A DNA stretch of 63,495 nucleotides, counting the filler, from Collodictyon triciliatum (Eukaryota), in assembly GCA_043381765.1 (NCBI GenBank). It is 12 parts of 12 records of this genome, joined end to end, with 100 filler letters (N's around TTAATTAATTAA, not from the genome) between each part and the next. Parts side by side here need not be neighbours in the genome. Positions count along the whole stretch, not along the records: positions 26,526 to 31,724 come from JBHJMP010005389.1; positions 31,825 to 37,022 come from JBHJMP010005390.1; positions 37,123 to 42,319 come from JBHJMP010005391.1; 9 more parts are not named here. One strand, written 5' to 3'. The position numbers and the translations under genes were made by a program. Position 1 is the first letter of the stretch. Every line of letters begins with the position of its first letter. A model generated the notes under the pieces. The model saw only the letters and a program-made list of their open reading frames with translations, had not been told where the DNA came from and did not search any database. Below are positions 26,426 to 39,732 of this stretch, in pieces.

Positions 26426-29400
26426 NNNNNNNNNNNNNNNNNNNNNNNNNNNNNNNNNNNNNNNNNNNNTTAATTAATTAANNNNNNNNNNNNNNNNNNN
26501 NNNNNNNNNNNNNNNNNNNNNNNNNCAAAGATTCTGCACTTTCATAGTCTCTAACCCTTATAATTATGCACAGAACTATTGTATGAAGTGACATTCTGCC
26601 GTGTGAGAAAAATAAACTCATCCGATAAATACCAGGTTTATTTCCCTTATTTTTATGCTGCACACATTTTTTTGGAGAGGCTACTGAATTCGGTGCCTTA
26701 TGTTACCAATCACTTATTTATCTATAATTATTTTTATAAAATTACAGACATTTATCCGATTATAGGCTATGGTTTTCTACTCTACGAATTTTTGATGAAA
26801 AAAATGACACGATTGAATTGTTTTGGCGAGCCTTACACAAGTTATTAAATTCAAGTATTTCTAATAGAACGTGATAATTTCAGACGTGATACATTTTGGA
26901 ATATCATATATTCAATTTTTGAGCGTTTGTAATTTTTATATGGAAACGAATAGGCACTACGATTATGTCGTCATATGTAATTCGATATTTTCAACATAAG
27001 GTCTACTACATACTATTTAGAAACAGTATCATTCTTCATTTATCATTCCGATGTCTTATTTTTTTTTTTGTATTTTTATTCATATAGGAATGACTGCATT
27101 CATGCCTCTTGATGGGATGCTGAAGTAAACGAAAGTGAAAGAGGGGTCTTATAATGAATCTGTTTTTTTTTTGGACTTCACACATGGAAATCGATTGATA
27201 CAGGGACTATATGAATTCTGTCGACTTTGATTGTCCCTTCAGTCTATTCTTATCCAATTCTAATAATCGTTAACACCTGAAGCCACAGCGCAACCGAATT
27301 GCTTTCACTCAGAATAACATAATATTGATGTATAGAATGATTGTATTCATGATGATGCCCACATTGATGAGAAAGATAATCATTCGTTTATTCCATGCAG
27401 GAACCAGTTGAAGGCCTTTGAATACCCAATATGGCCGAAAGTAGACGAATTTTCTTGCTTTTGAAGTCGTGTGGCTCACGGTTTATTACGTTGCCTGAAA
27501 TGAACGATTATATTAAACAAATGCTTTTATTTTACATCATTTTATTTTACGTGATTAAGATAAAAGATTTATAAATTTATGTCTGTTTCATGCTCCATCG
27601 CTAATGTGGCTAATATTAGAATAGCTCAACCAGCACATTTTTAATTGTTTATTTTTTGAATCTGATTCAATCGAAAAATATTGAAGCAAAAGAGGTGTTT
27701 ATATATCAGTATCATAATAATCTCGAAATATATGTTTCATTTTATCTAGATTTCCAATACTTTTGTTAAATGATGAATCGGAAGTAACTTATTAATGAAT
27801 AATGATAGTCATACTTGGGTTTATAAGAACAAACCAGCTAATGAGAGAAAACCGATGATTTAATATCAAAATATTAGTTACTAAGCAACGATGATATATG
27901 ATTATTTTTTTGAGTTTATATTCTAATAGCCTTTGTTTAGTCATATTTTGAATCATTTCGTGTCAAACAATTATATAGAAATCATCTTTTGTACCTGATT
28001 TTCACTAAATTTATCTCACGCTCTGAATCTTGCGAAGGTCATGGTAAAAGGACAAGAGACAAAACAACCAAGGGAAAGGGAGCTGTTCGATCTGCTGCTA
28101 CTGCCGAGGGGGGAGGGGTGGTTGGATGGACGGCTCCTAGTTTTTCCGATGATATGAAGAGATGGTCTAAGGAACGATTTGTGGGGTGTGGGGATGAGTT
28201 GTTGTGTGAGAAACAGTAAGTCTCTTTGTTGTCCAAAATTTCATAAAAAATAATAATAATCATTTCTGTATATTTAATGTGTTAAATTGAACGCGACAGA
28301 ACAGGTATGTTATCACAAACCTATATTTTATATATTTGTATGAATTGCAATTTTCATGTAGTATTATACGATTAATATTTTATTCAAAGAAATCAATATG
28401 TCAATAAAGCAATACAAATACACTTGTGTTTCTTCAGTGCAATTATATTTTGCTTTTCAAACCAATCAAAGCCTGATAAAATACCAGCGATGTCCATGCC
28501 TGCAGACTTCAGAACTTATTCTTTCCATTCTATTAAAAAAATGTGTGTGAAAGATGAATTTTAATTTTGCAATTACTCTAATTTGCTAGCTGTGTCTATT
28601 TATTATGAAACGGATAGGAGTCCTTGCCGAGCTGATAGCCACGTTTCCCACGAAAGGAGTATCTTATTCTATGCATATTCCATTATTATATTATCCTTAT
28701 TACTCAAGAACAACTATCCGCTTGAAACATCCTTGCCTCAGTCCGCTGCCTGTGATAACACCACCCCTCCCCCCCGACTCGGCTGGAAATGCACACCCGA
28801 CAACAGCTCATCCTCGCCCACATAAATCGTTGCCTCGCTCCGGCTGCCTTTTTTGTTGGTGTGTGGTAAGGAGCATGAAGTGTTTTATCCAAATGAATAT
28901 AAATGCATGTGTGAGGTGCCTACTGGAGCTCATGTAACTGATTTATTTATTTTCTTTTCTCTTTTTTTGTATTTTCTTTCTTTCTTTTTCTTTTTCCTTT
29001 TTTCTTTTTCTTTTTCTTTTTCTTTTTTTTCCTGGTGTAGGTGTAGATTTAACAAACCCAAAAACCACCCCTTCCCCCCTCAAGTAAGTACAAAAAAGGA
29101 AATAGAAACTATATATAAGTTTGTAATCTATATATGGACGCTGTCACGGTATCTTTCTATAATTTTCTAATCTGGAATATTGATTTTCTGACTATTCTTT
29201 GACTCTGTATTTTTTTTTTCTTTCCAATCACAATCCCTTTTAGCGTTCTGATGTTTTGCCGTGACAGCTGTCCTTCACTCAACCATTCTTCATCCTCTGT
29301 CCTTCTCAATCTTTTCTTTTTGTCCTGAAGGACTCTCAACACTAGCCGCCGATCGACTTGCTTATGTATTTATTGGTTACTCATGGCAATCACAAGGCAT

Positions 29401-29654
29401 ATTTTCAGCCGATCACCGGTCGATGCTCTCACACGCTCGACCCAAGGTTCATTCCCTCTCTTATTCCCACAATCAACTGAGAACTTAATAAGAAAGCCTT
29501 TGATGGAACAGCCATGATGGTTGTCTGAATCAATACTCATCATTTATCTTTTTGTTTTCATATGATGAACTGCATACACATCGCCAATCAAATATATCAT
29601 AACTATATTTTTATTATTATTTTCTCTATTGTTTTTTTTCATTTTTTTCCTTCT

Positions 29655-30480
29655 TGGAATAACGGCACGGAGATCGAAAGCGCTGCTTGAAGCAAACACA
29701 CAACCGAACACAAGAACGGAGCCCTCCGCTCGACCAAAGGTTCCCAGCCACACCTAATCGCCCACACAGAGCGCCTGGAAGCAGAACCTGTACGGAACCG
29801 GCTGCCACGTCCGCCTTCGAGGTAAGCACAAATGCCCAGAACTACCACGCCCACATACATGTAAAGAAAGAATAAGCACAGTCCTGAAAGATCTTGAGTG
29901 CCATAATGAGAAGACTATGAACCAGCTATTCGATCAACTTCAAGAATACACATCATCCTTCCCAAAAAAAAATAATTGCAGAGACGAGAGTAACATAATA
30001 CTTAACTGCTTTTTTTATGTCTCCATAACGAGAGAGGCCAGCTCTTTGCTACCCATTATCTGCCGCATTTCTCTGGGCTTCATCAAGGGCGACATTGAAG
30101 GTACCTGAAAAACAACAAACAACTCATCTTCACAGTATTCTTCAAGGATTAAAACATTTTTTTGATGAATGAAGCGCTGAATAACAATCCGGCATCAGAA
30201 CTACCCAAAGTATAAAAAAAATTCTATGTTACGTTTCCCTTCTATTTCGTACTCTGTCCCAGAACACAAGGAAAAAGCCAAAAGAAAATATCATGGTAAA
30301 CTCCGTCACAAATACTAACAGAAAGACCTGTCAATCATAGGAAGACAATGTCGACCTTTTTAAACCCAATCACCCGGAGCTATGGAAGAATAAGCATCGC
30401 TCAAGCAAGAGCAACCTTCACAAGGGCTTTCCCAAAAAGAGCGGACGGGTTATTAGAGACGCACCTCACACTAAAACAAT
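29655..30480 (+). mobile_element. Degenerate copy of the LINE ORF1 found at 37755-39372
   Basis: KQNLYGTGCHVRLRGKHK...VLKDLECH...NQLFDQLQEYTSSFP...II.RISLGFIKGDIE aligns by eye to EQNLFGAGCYVRPRGKHK...VLKQLKCY...MQLYDQPQGYTVAFP...IIGDIPPGFTKEDIE. Many frameshifts; the 3' boundary is approximate. Confidence 0.85.
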
Positions 30481-31361
30481 CTGGACAATCAATTCAAGGT
30501 GCAATATTATGAAGTCAGAATTATCTATTTTATTTTCATGCAAAATGAAAGTTTACTTTTTCACTCGAATAGTATTAATATACAAGGATAATTCCTAACG
30601 AAGCTTATTTTTCGTGATTTGTCTGTTAATGCAAGGCACATATGAAAAAAACGCTTCCGTTGAATGGAAGGCAAGCACCTAAACCTGGAAAACTTAAGTG
30701 GTGGTGGTTTGGTATTTTTTTTTTTATCCCACGTAAAGCCTTCACGATGAAAATCTCAGGCTATAATTAACGGAGAGTAGTCCACGAGTATCGGTATTAC
30801 AATTTTATTTTGTTTGTGAATTTGTCATTCTGTGGGAACATACTAACCATCACATATAGTTTGAGACATTTGCACAATTTCGAATAGATTCAAAGGAATT
30901 ATATAAGTCGACCTGGAAGAATATCAATCTATCACGCAGACTTTCATACATCACATTTGTTATATTATACGAAGTATTTAGCATTAAGAGAATGTTTAGT
31001 GGCTGTATGATGCATAAGCAACTCACATCTATATTATTACAAAAAAGCAATTAAAATATAAAATTCATCTCATATTGATATATATATTTGTATTCACGAA
31101 CAGTTTATTTCATAACAAGAAAAAAATATTAAGAGTTGATAATATTGAGCTATGAGCTTTGATACAATATAACCTTGTCAGCCTATTGAAATTATCCAAA
31201 ATGCATCCAAAATAAAAATTGATAAATCGAACAATTTCTATTCATGAAAAAGTAGAATAGCTCGTTATATATTAGAGTTTTGATACTTGGCATATATTAT
31301 AACCCATGAATACGATGTTTTTTTTATGCAACACACACGAAGGAATAGGAAGATTCAAAAC

Positions 31362-31646
31362 ATGTCTGCAACCGAAACAAGCACCGAGGCCAACGTCAGC
31401 CTTATCACCATTGACGAAGTCTGCACAAATGCATACATTATCTTCAAGAAATATTTTATTTATTGGTCAGTATTGATAACTTAATCTGGCAACTGAGTAC
31501 AGGCTATCCTCGAATGGGTGAACCACCACCTGGGAAAAATCGAGCTCAAGGCGAAGAACATCTGCGATGACTTAATGGACGGATTCTTTTTGGCCATGCT
31601 GATTGAGGCGGTTACCGGAAAGTCCTTGGGAAGCTACCATTCCCGC
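31362..31646 (+). CDS. Calponin-homology (CH) domain protein, partial (cut by contig end)
   Basis: ...ITIDE|AILEWVNHHLGKIELKAKNICDDLMDGFFLAMLIEAVTGKSLGSYH: WVN and DL.DG..L..LIE motifs of actinin/filamin-type CH domains. Confidence 0.8.
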
Positions 31647-31908
31647 TTGTTTGCGTATGATTTATTTAGTATATTCACAATTTTTATTGTTTATTCCTTT
31701 CATGGATTGGTATTTAATCCCTTTNNNNNNNNNNNNNNNNNNNNNNNNNNNNNNNNNNNNNNNNNNNNTTAATTAATTAANNNNNNNNNNNNNNNNNNNN
31801 NNNNNNNNNNNNNNNNNNNNNNNNACAAACAAACAAACAAACAAACAAACAAACAAACAAACAAACAAACAAACAAACAAACAAACAAACAAACAAACAA
31901 ACAAACAA

Positions 31909-31939
<31 letters not shown>

Positions 31940-32661
31940 CATAAGGACAATAACATATTCATGCTCACTCCTCTCGCCCAATATCCCCGGCCGATGCTTT
32001 GCAGATTGCAGGCAGCTCAGTTCTTGTTGGACCCTGCAATCATGGCTGCGCTGAGCGGAGCGTACGTTTCAGCCTTTGTGAGTCTACTCGACTGGCAGCA
32101 GCCGTGGCAGGTAAACCGCCCGCCAAACATACTCCCCTGTCTTCTCTCGCAGCCGACTGAACGGACTGAGCGAGGACGAAAAACAAAACTTGATGCAGGA
32201 ATGGCCGCTTCCTTGTCTGGCCGGGCTGCTCCTCGGGCGTACAAGCTTTGGCCTTTATGCTGCGTTTGTTGGAGAGAAGACCGGCCCCCTTCGCTTGTAG
32301 AATCTATATGTTTTCATTTTCTTCTCTTTTCTTTTTTAAGTCTTCATCTGCTGGTATGTGAAACAAGATTCTTGTTTTCGTCTGCATGTGTTTAATTGAA
32401 GGAGCTGAACGGAAGCAAGAGGCCAAGGGGAGGATGGGATGAAAAAGGACGGAAATATGACCAAAGTAGCACAGTGGGATTTAGTACATGACCTAAAGAT
32501 AAAAGAAATATAAGTGAGGCTGGTGTCTGAAAGAGAATAATCCCGTGTTGTTGCGAGCGCAGAAGAGATATTCCAAGAACAAAACAAAACAAAACAAAAC
32601 AAGACAATATGAGACAAAGTTGACTGTGTAGCCATCATATGTATGTGTGAATCATCTTGAA

Positions 32662-34048
32662 TCATACTTGTTCGCGATGATGCTTCTGGTTATTGTTTTT
32701 CATGCCTACTCTGAGCGCCTCTTTGTTTTCTCTGCGGCGACCCTCGAAGGAGACTTCGTTGTAGGTTTTTCTTCTCCAACTATTGGAGATAAATAGAATA
32801 GAAAGTTCAACAATAAAATAGTGCCCCTCAATTAGTTAAAATTGCCATATATTTACTTTGCCGGACAGCTCCAGTTCTCAAGTACACAAATGATGAATTT
32901 TAACAAATGTAAAAAAAAAAAAAAAAAATTATAATTAGTAAATTAAATAGATGTTACGTTTGTGTGGCAAGTGCGCCCATCCTTTGGTACTGAGCCATCA
33001 AATCACGAATGATAGCGTCATATCTTGTATCTTTCACCTTGGGCTTTTGTTTATAATAGACCATCAGCGACCTGTGGCCAAGTCTCTTTCCATCGGCGAG
33101 AATAAGCTCTTGGGTATCTGCAACTCGAATAGATCTGAGATTTGATTGAATGTAGTGTTATTCGTCGTCTAGAAAAAAAATTCATATATTCCCAATCATT
33201 CGTTGAGAATATAATATCAAATAATAATAATAAACGCACACACAGAGATTCGTCGGTTTACATAAAAGGATGAATGGACTCATGAGACAAAATTATTTAA
33301 GACATGGTTGAAATCTGAACGAAAGCAAATAATCATATCATCATGCATTACAGACGGCTTACTCTTTCCATTTTCCGACAATTTCCTCGTAATCATCCTA
33401 GAAAAATAAATGAACCGTGATTAGTGATATTGAAGAAGTGCAGAGACGCGAGTGAAGAATATCGAAATATGATTAGTATCGGATTAAATAGGTTAATTCT
33501 AACTGATTTATTTTACATCAAAAAGTCGTAGGGGTTGGGAGTGTAAAAGTTCTTAAATAAACAAAGAAAAACAATAGTGAGATAATATTAATTTGGTATA
33601 AAAGGAAATAAATTACCTCTTCATCTGCATCATCTTCGTCTTCCACATCTTCCCACTCTTCATTGTCTCCCTCAGCAGTACCTTCGATCAAGCCGACGGG
33701 TGCCGATTCATCATCCACGGGGTAACTCGGAGAGAAGTCGTAGTAGTCAGCATACTCCTCTGCGGTGTCTTCTTCGTACAAAATCTTGCAGTGCCCTTTC
33801 TCAACCATGTGACTTCGAATGGCTTCCAAACTGTGAAACGATCTTCCTTTGCCGTTGCAGAAAAGACAAATATTTCCCACTGATACCTTCTCGCCGATGT
33901 ATCTCAGAAATCCTTCCAAGTCAACAAGATACTCGATATCCGGAATGAAGAAGCTATGAAAACGCATCATGTGGTCCAGATTGCTGTATAGGGATGGATC
34001 GATTCAGTTTATATATTAAAGGAAACGATGGTATCAGGATATCACCCC

Positions 34049-34116
<68 letters not shown>

Positions 34117-35872
34117 TATATAAAATATATAATATTCGCGGTCATGTTAACCTCTGAATATCTGGGGATTGATGTTTGCAAAAAATGCAGTCAGTCAGAG
34201 CGAGAATAACTGCGTTTCGAAGCTTTTCACGTTCATATTCACTGAACTCGTATTCCTCGCTAGTTGCTTCAGATATGTCTTTTTGGGACTCTTTAGCAGC
34301 TTCAGTATTAGGTTGGGTTGAGGGCTGGGCCTTTGGTACCTCAACTTTTTTCAAAGTGCGTTCTACTATTGATGTCAATTAGGATGAATATAGTTAGTAT
34401 AAGACTTTTCACATTTTCAAGTTGACAACTAGATACGCTCTTATCTAGTTGTTGCTGTTGTTGTTTGTATTTACTTTTTGTTTTCTCATGTATAGAAGTT
34501 GTTAGAAGCTTCAATAAAAAGAATTGTATATTTTGGAAATGAGTAGCTCGTTGAAATTGTATTTCTGAATAAAAAGAATACCTCCAGGCAATTCTCCTTT
34601 CTCTTCAAGGACAATAGCTGCCCTCTCCTTGTGTTTATTAGAAAGAATATGCTGTTCATATGCCTTTTCCGTGTTGTATGTCTTGCTATGAGTTTTACAC
34701 ATAGATTGCAAATGATAAGTTGCCGCCAACAGCCAAAATTAAAATTAATCTGGGAAAGACTCCCATCTTGCACATATTGAAAGGTTAGATTAAAGAGAAA
34801 AAGACATGATTGAAAAAATTCCTTAATTCGATTCAAAAAAAAAAAGGCATGATTAAAATTAATTATTCAAAGTTTTAAATAGTACAAGCGCATTAAAATA
34901 TCAAAGAATCATTGATAGTACAAGGGAGTTGTTTCTAACCTGCAAATGGTACATGTGGCCAAGTACTTCTCGCCAACTGTGACTTTTGAAGCGTGTTCTG
35001 GCAAATGTGAAAAAATCATTTCATTGAGAGGATAAAAAAAAAAAAAGACAATAGAATATTATGGAAAGTAATGATAGAGTATGGGCAACACAGTATATCA
35101 CGTAGAATGATAATAAATCCTCAATAGTGCAACTGCATGTTAGCACATGTAACAGGAGAACAAAATACTGTAACCGCAACTTACCGCCAAGGCGCTTGAG
35201 GAAAACTTCCTCATTTACAGGGGCAAGACCCGCAACTTTTCTTTTCAGGTTGAAGCGATGAAACTCTGTCTTATAATGATCCTGAAAAAAAGTGGTTCAA
35301 AAACGTCAGCATAATTATTTCTAAATAGTTTGCACGAGTGAATGCACTGTTTCTAAAAGTATTGGCTTTCTTTTTTTTTCGTCCTTGTATTATTAATCCA
35401 GTATTTTTTCTTAGTGTTCACTCGAACATTAAGTAATCTGTTTGTTTGTTTGTTTGTTTGTTTGTTTGTTTGTTTGTTTGTTTGTTTGTTTGTTTGTTTG
35501 TTTGTTTGTTTGTTTGTTTGTTTGTTTGTTTGTTTGTTNTTTTTGTTTGTTTGTTTGTTTGTTTGTTTGTTTGTTTGTTTGTTTGTTTGTTTGTTTGTTT
35601 GTTTGTTTGTTTGTTTGTTTGTTTGTTTGTTTGTTTGTTTGTTTGTTTGTTTGTTTGTTTGTTTAAAAAAGGGAATCATTCTCTTTTGAGCTGATATTGC
35701 GATTGCAAAATACGGTAATAAGCCTTTTTCTTTGAGTGAGCTTCGAGTGGCTGCTTCTTTGGAATAAGACCCAAACCTTCTGCGCAGCAACGGTAGTGAA
35801 CTGGAGTCTGCAAGAGATGCACGTAAGGTACAGTTGGGCTGAGTTTTCAAAGGTTGTTGTAGAGTCCGCCAT
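32662..35872 (-). CDS. REI1: Cytoplasmic pre-60S maturation factor REI1/ZNF622 (C2H2 zinc fingers)
   Basis: TCISCRLQF...DHYKTEFHRFNLKRKVAGLAPV; CIFC; HSFFIPDIEYLVDLEGFLRYIGEKVSVGNICLFCNGKGRSFHSLEAIRSHMVEKGHCKI; C-terminus ...LRVGMKNNNQKHHREQV*. Confidence 0.95.
35437..35664. repeat. (TTTG)n microsatellite in REI1 intron 1
   Basis: Direct observation. The same motif occurs at 31825-31915 (as AAAC) and 62693-62796. Confidence 0.95.
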
Positions 35873-37122
35873 GTTGTGTGATCCTTACTGGACTTTCCTT
35901 CTCTTTGTTGGTTTGTTTTGTTGTGGTTTTCTTTCGGAGGAAAGTTCACAAAAAGATGCAGATTAGTGTGTCTGTGTGTGCGTGTCGAGAATGTTGTATA
36001 CTGCCAATGCGCCGCTTCGTTGTTGCAAAGGATCGATGACTCATCCTTGAAAAGCGAGCGACTATGTGACTTTGTAGCTTTGTTCTTGGCTTGTATTTTG
36101 CCAAGGTTTGATGAGTGCGCTCTTGTTTTGTGACCGATTGTCTGTGTGGTCTCCAGGCAAGAGGAAACATTCTTGGATCGTTCCTGTACTGACTTTGCGA
36201 TTCTGCATTTCATGTAACAAATGATATTAAATATGACAAATATACTTGATTAATGCATAATTGATCAATTAAACGGAAATATTAAGGAATACATTATATA
36301 TTCCACAAATTTTTATTTATATGCGGAATATATAACTAATCTCATTATTTTCCGCATAAATATATTATTTTTAGAATTCAGAATTTATATGACGATACAG
36401 TATTAAATATGTGATCTACACAGACGGAAAACTTGTAGATGCGCCCTGCCGGTCGCCCAATCGCGATATTCCTCAACGAATCTATGCTATGCATGTCCTG
36501 AATGTACGAAGCGCTGCCCACCAACCCACACGGTCGAAAGCGGCAGTTGCCAACTCAACCAAGCGGCTGCGGCACAAACAACAAACCTGTTGCCTTCTGC
36601 CTCGTGTCCCTGCCTTTTCCCAACTTGTCCACTTTTCGATCCGGCAGACTCAGCCACCTTTTGGCCTCTGTCCCAACATCCCGATCCACACACCTCCGCA
36701 TTCTCTGAACCCACGGACAAAAGTCTCAACTATCCTTGAAACCTCTTCTTTTTCTTTTTTCTTTTTCCTTTTTTCCTTTTTCCTTTTTTCTTTTTCTTTT
36801 TTTCTTTTTCTTTTTTTCCCTTTTTTTCCTTTTCTTTTCTTTTTCTTTTTCTTTTTCTTTTTCTTTTTCTTTTTCTTTTTCTTTTTCTTTTTCTTTTTCT
36901 TTTTCTTTTTCTTTTTCTTTTTCTTTTTCTTTTTTTCTATGAAACGCTGCGCTCTCACCAACTTAAAGAGCATAATCCAAAATACCTCTTCGCTCACGCT
37001 TGCTCTTTTGCTCATCAACCAGNNNNNNNNNNNNNNNNNNNNNNNNNNNNNNNNNNNNNNNNNNNNTTAATTAATTAANNNNNNNNNNNNNNNNNNNNNN
37101 NNNNNNNNNNNNNNNNNNNNNN

Positions 37123-39480
37123 CGTCTTCTTTGAATGAGATTTCTCTGATGGTGGCCGCGTTGCCTTCGTGAACCTGTTTGATGATGCAGAAGCCTTTCT
37201 GGTTGTCCCAGCATATTTGTCCTGCTGTCAATGGCTCGTTCAAGGGTATTGTCATTTCACAGTGAGTTTACTGAATCTGCCGACGCGAGAGCAAAGGCTC
37301 TGGTGTATTTGGAAGTGGTCGTGGGATTGTTCTTTGTTGCAACTGTATTTTGAAGTTTGCACACAGTTTGGTGATGAGTTTCCACACCCAAATTTGCCAA
37401 ACCCCTTTCGGTTGCATGAACATTTAAGTCCACCACTTCATGGTCAGTGATATTCACGCTTATGGCACGGCCGGGAATAATGACTTTGCAGATGGGCTTT
37501 AGCTTAGCAATCCACCTTTTACACAGAATTGCTATGCCAGCATGTTTGTGTTGTGATGGCGATAATGATGGTGACTATAGCTGAGGGCCCTTCCACCCGA
37601 ATTCAGTAGATTGGGTCCCAGGGCTCTGCCACGTCTCTTGAAGACAGATGATATCCGCGTGGGTGAAAAGAGCTGTCTTATAAACCTCTTTCCGCCTGTG
37701 GGGGTCGTTAATTCCCCTAGCGTTCCATGACAGAACGCCGAAACGCATGGTCTGTTATAAATGGGTGGAGGGAAGACCCTCCGTGTGAACAGAATTGCTC
37801 TCGTTGTGTTCAGTTGTGTTTGCAGATATCTGTGTTGACTCGGTCGTGGTGGTTGTGAGTGTTTCTGTGGCTATGGTTGTTGTTATTTCGGAAGTTATTC
37901 TTGGTATCTCAGCATGCGTCCTTCGCAATTTTGGCGCTGATGGTTTCCTTTTGTGTTGTGCGGGTGACGCTACGGCCTCTGAGATGGAAAGTTTTGTGTT
38001 TTCTGGCGAGGCTGTTAGCTCTGTGCTCGTTCTTTTTGGGCTAGGGCTTGCGCGAGCTATACGCATGGGAGTTGCTGCATGCTGGTAGTTTGCTTTGTTA
38101 GGGGTGCCCTCGAATCTTGGGAATTTCGGTGTGAAACTGACGCTGCTCTGGGGTGTTCCTGATTCAGTCCCTGTCTCTTGGGACGCAGGTGAGAGATAGA
38201 GCGAGTCGTTACTGGAGTTTGCTTCTTTAGGGCTATTCGATTTTTGCAAGTGCTTTGCTGGAGACACATCGGGGCTCTTCTGGAGCATTAAGCTGGCTAT
38301 GTTTGTTTATTTTGTCGACTTGGATTGAGGCGCTGGTGAATGCCTTTCTGCTCTCGGTGGTTTAGATTGGTGTTTGGAGCTCTGGTTTGCTGTTGGTGTC
38401 TTTGGTGTAGTCGTCCTATTGTCAAGGGTTCTTCCAGGCGAAGAAGCCGTGCCTTGGTCCGTTTGTTCGGTTGATTTCAGGATGACGCGCATTTCCAAAT
38501 TCTCATTTGCTTTATTTGGGAGTTCCTTGCGAGAGGAGCTTCTTGGCTGGGTGGCGGTAATGGGCTGAGGTGGTTCATCATCCTCGTCTTCCATGGCTTC
38601 TGGTGATGGTGTCCAGGAGGGTTGGGCCCGTCTTTCACCCCTGGACTGCGTGGGTTGCGAGGGTTTGCGGTTGGGTTTACCGTGGTATTTGTCCTGGTGC
38701 TTGTTATGTTTGGTATCGTGCTTGGGGCTTCTCCTTCCGTTCAGGGGAGGAGTATGAAGGGGACGTGGAATCCTTGCAAGTTGATTTCTTATTTGGCACT
38801 CTGGACAGTTCTGATGCCGAGAACTTGACCAGCGCGTCATTGGTCCAGATGCCGTCCACAGCTTCGTAGTAAACTATGGCAGGTGAGAATAATGCTCTGC
38901 AGGCCTCTTCAATGTCTTCTTTGGTGAAGCCTGGGGGGATATCGCCGATGATAGCGGAGTGGAGTGGTGGCCTCTCTTGGTATGGGCGGAAAGAGCGGCC
39001 AAGCAGTTTAAACTGTCCTGCCTTGGCAAACTCTGCAGCGTTTTCATGGTGCGGGAAGGCTACTGTGTATCCTTGGGGTTGATCGTACAGTTGCATGATC
39101 ACGTTCTCCTCGTAGCACTTGAGTTGTTTAAGGACTTGGACGAGTTCTTCCTTCGCTTGGTTGCGGGCTTCGTGGTTCTGGGGCAGTTTGTGCTTACCTC
39201 GAGGGCGGACGTAGCAGCCGGCTCCGAACAGGTTCTGCTCCTGGGCTCTCTTTGATCGGCGGAAGGGTGTGGCCGTGGGGTCTTGGTCGAGTTGTGTCCT
39301 CGATTCTCGTGCGTTCGAGTGTGTTTGTCTCAAGCTTTCGCTTTCGACCTCCACACTCGAGTCGGGCTCCATGAGTTGTTCCCGACGAGATCGAGGAGCA
39401 CGTCGGTTTGTCGTGATAATATTGATCGGATCTTATTTTTCTCGTTTACTAATATTAATGACTGGCATTCGAAAGTGGTA
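37123..39480 (-). mobile_element. L1/Tx1-like non-LTR retrotransposon, 5' portion (ORF1 + ORF2 APE endonuclease), degenerate
   Basis: ORF1 runs 39372 to 37755 in three frameshifted pieces, with an RRM-like segment AIIGDIPPGFTKEDIEEACRALF and a long S/T/P-rich tail. Six nt after its stop, ORF2 starts at 37748: MRFGVLSWNARGINDPHRRKEV...ADIICLQETW (SWNxRG and LQET motifs of APE endonuclease), then a premature stop. VVDLNV (GDxN-like) occurs further on. Confidence 0.92.
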
Positions 39481-39732
39481 AGAGAATTAACCCGTCTTTT
39501 TCTTTTTATAATAAAGTGCCTTCGCTACATGGCCAACCCTTTTCTTCCAAAAGTATTTAGCTTCGCGTGACTACAAATCCTATTCGAATTGTATATTCAT
39601 ATCTTTACCTTTTCTTACGATTAAAAAAATATATTATCATAAATAGTCTATTAAAAACGCATCTGTGTGAATAAAAAAATTAGCTATATCTATACTATAA
39701 ACAAAAACTTCAACACTCTATGTAATCCTTAG

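Noticed and set aside
27203-27245. Possible selenoprotein CxxU motif (YEFCRL-TGA)
   Set aside because: The preceding exon phase favours the other frame (DYMNSVDFDCPF), and I see no convincing Rdx-family context or SECIS element.
26526-27460. Series of small plus-strand exon-like segments
   Set aside because: Probably part of a gene, but I could not assemble a consistent frame or identify a product.
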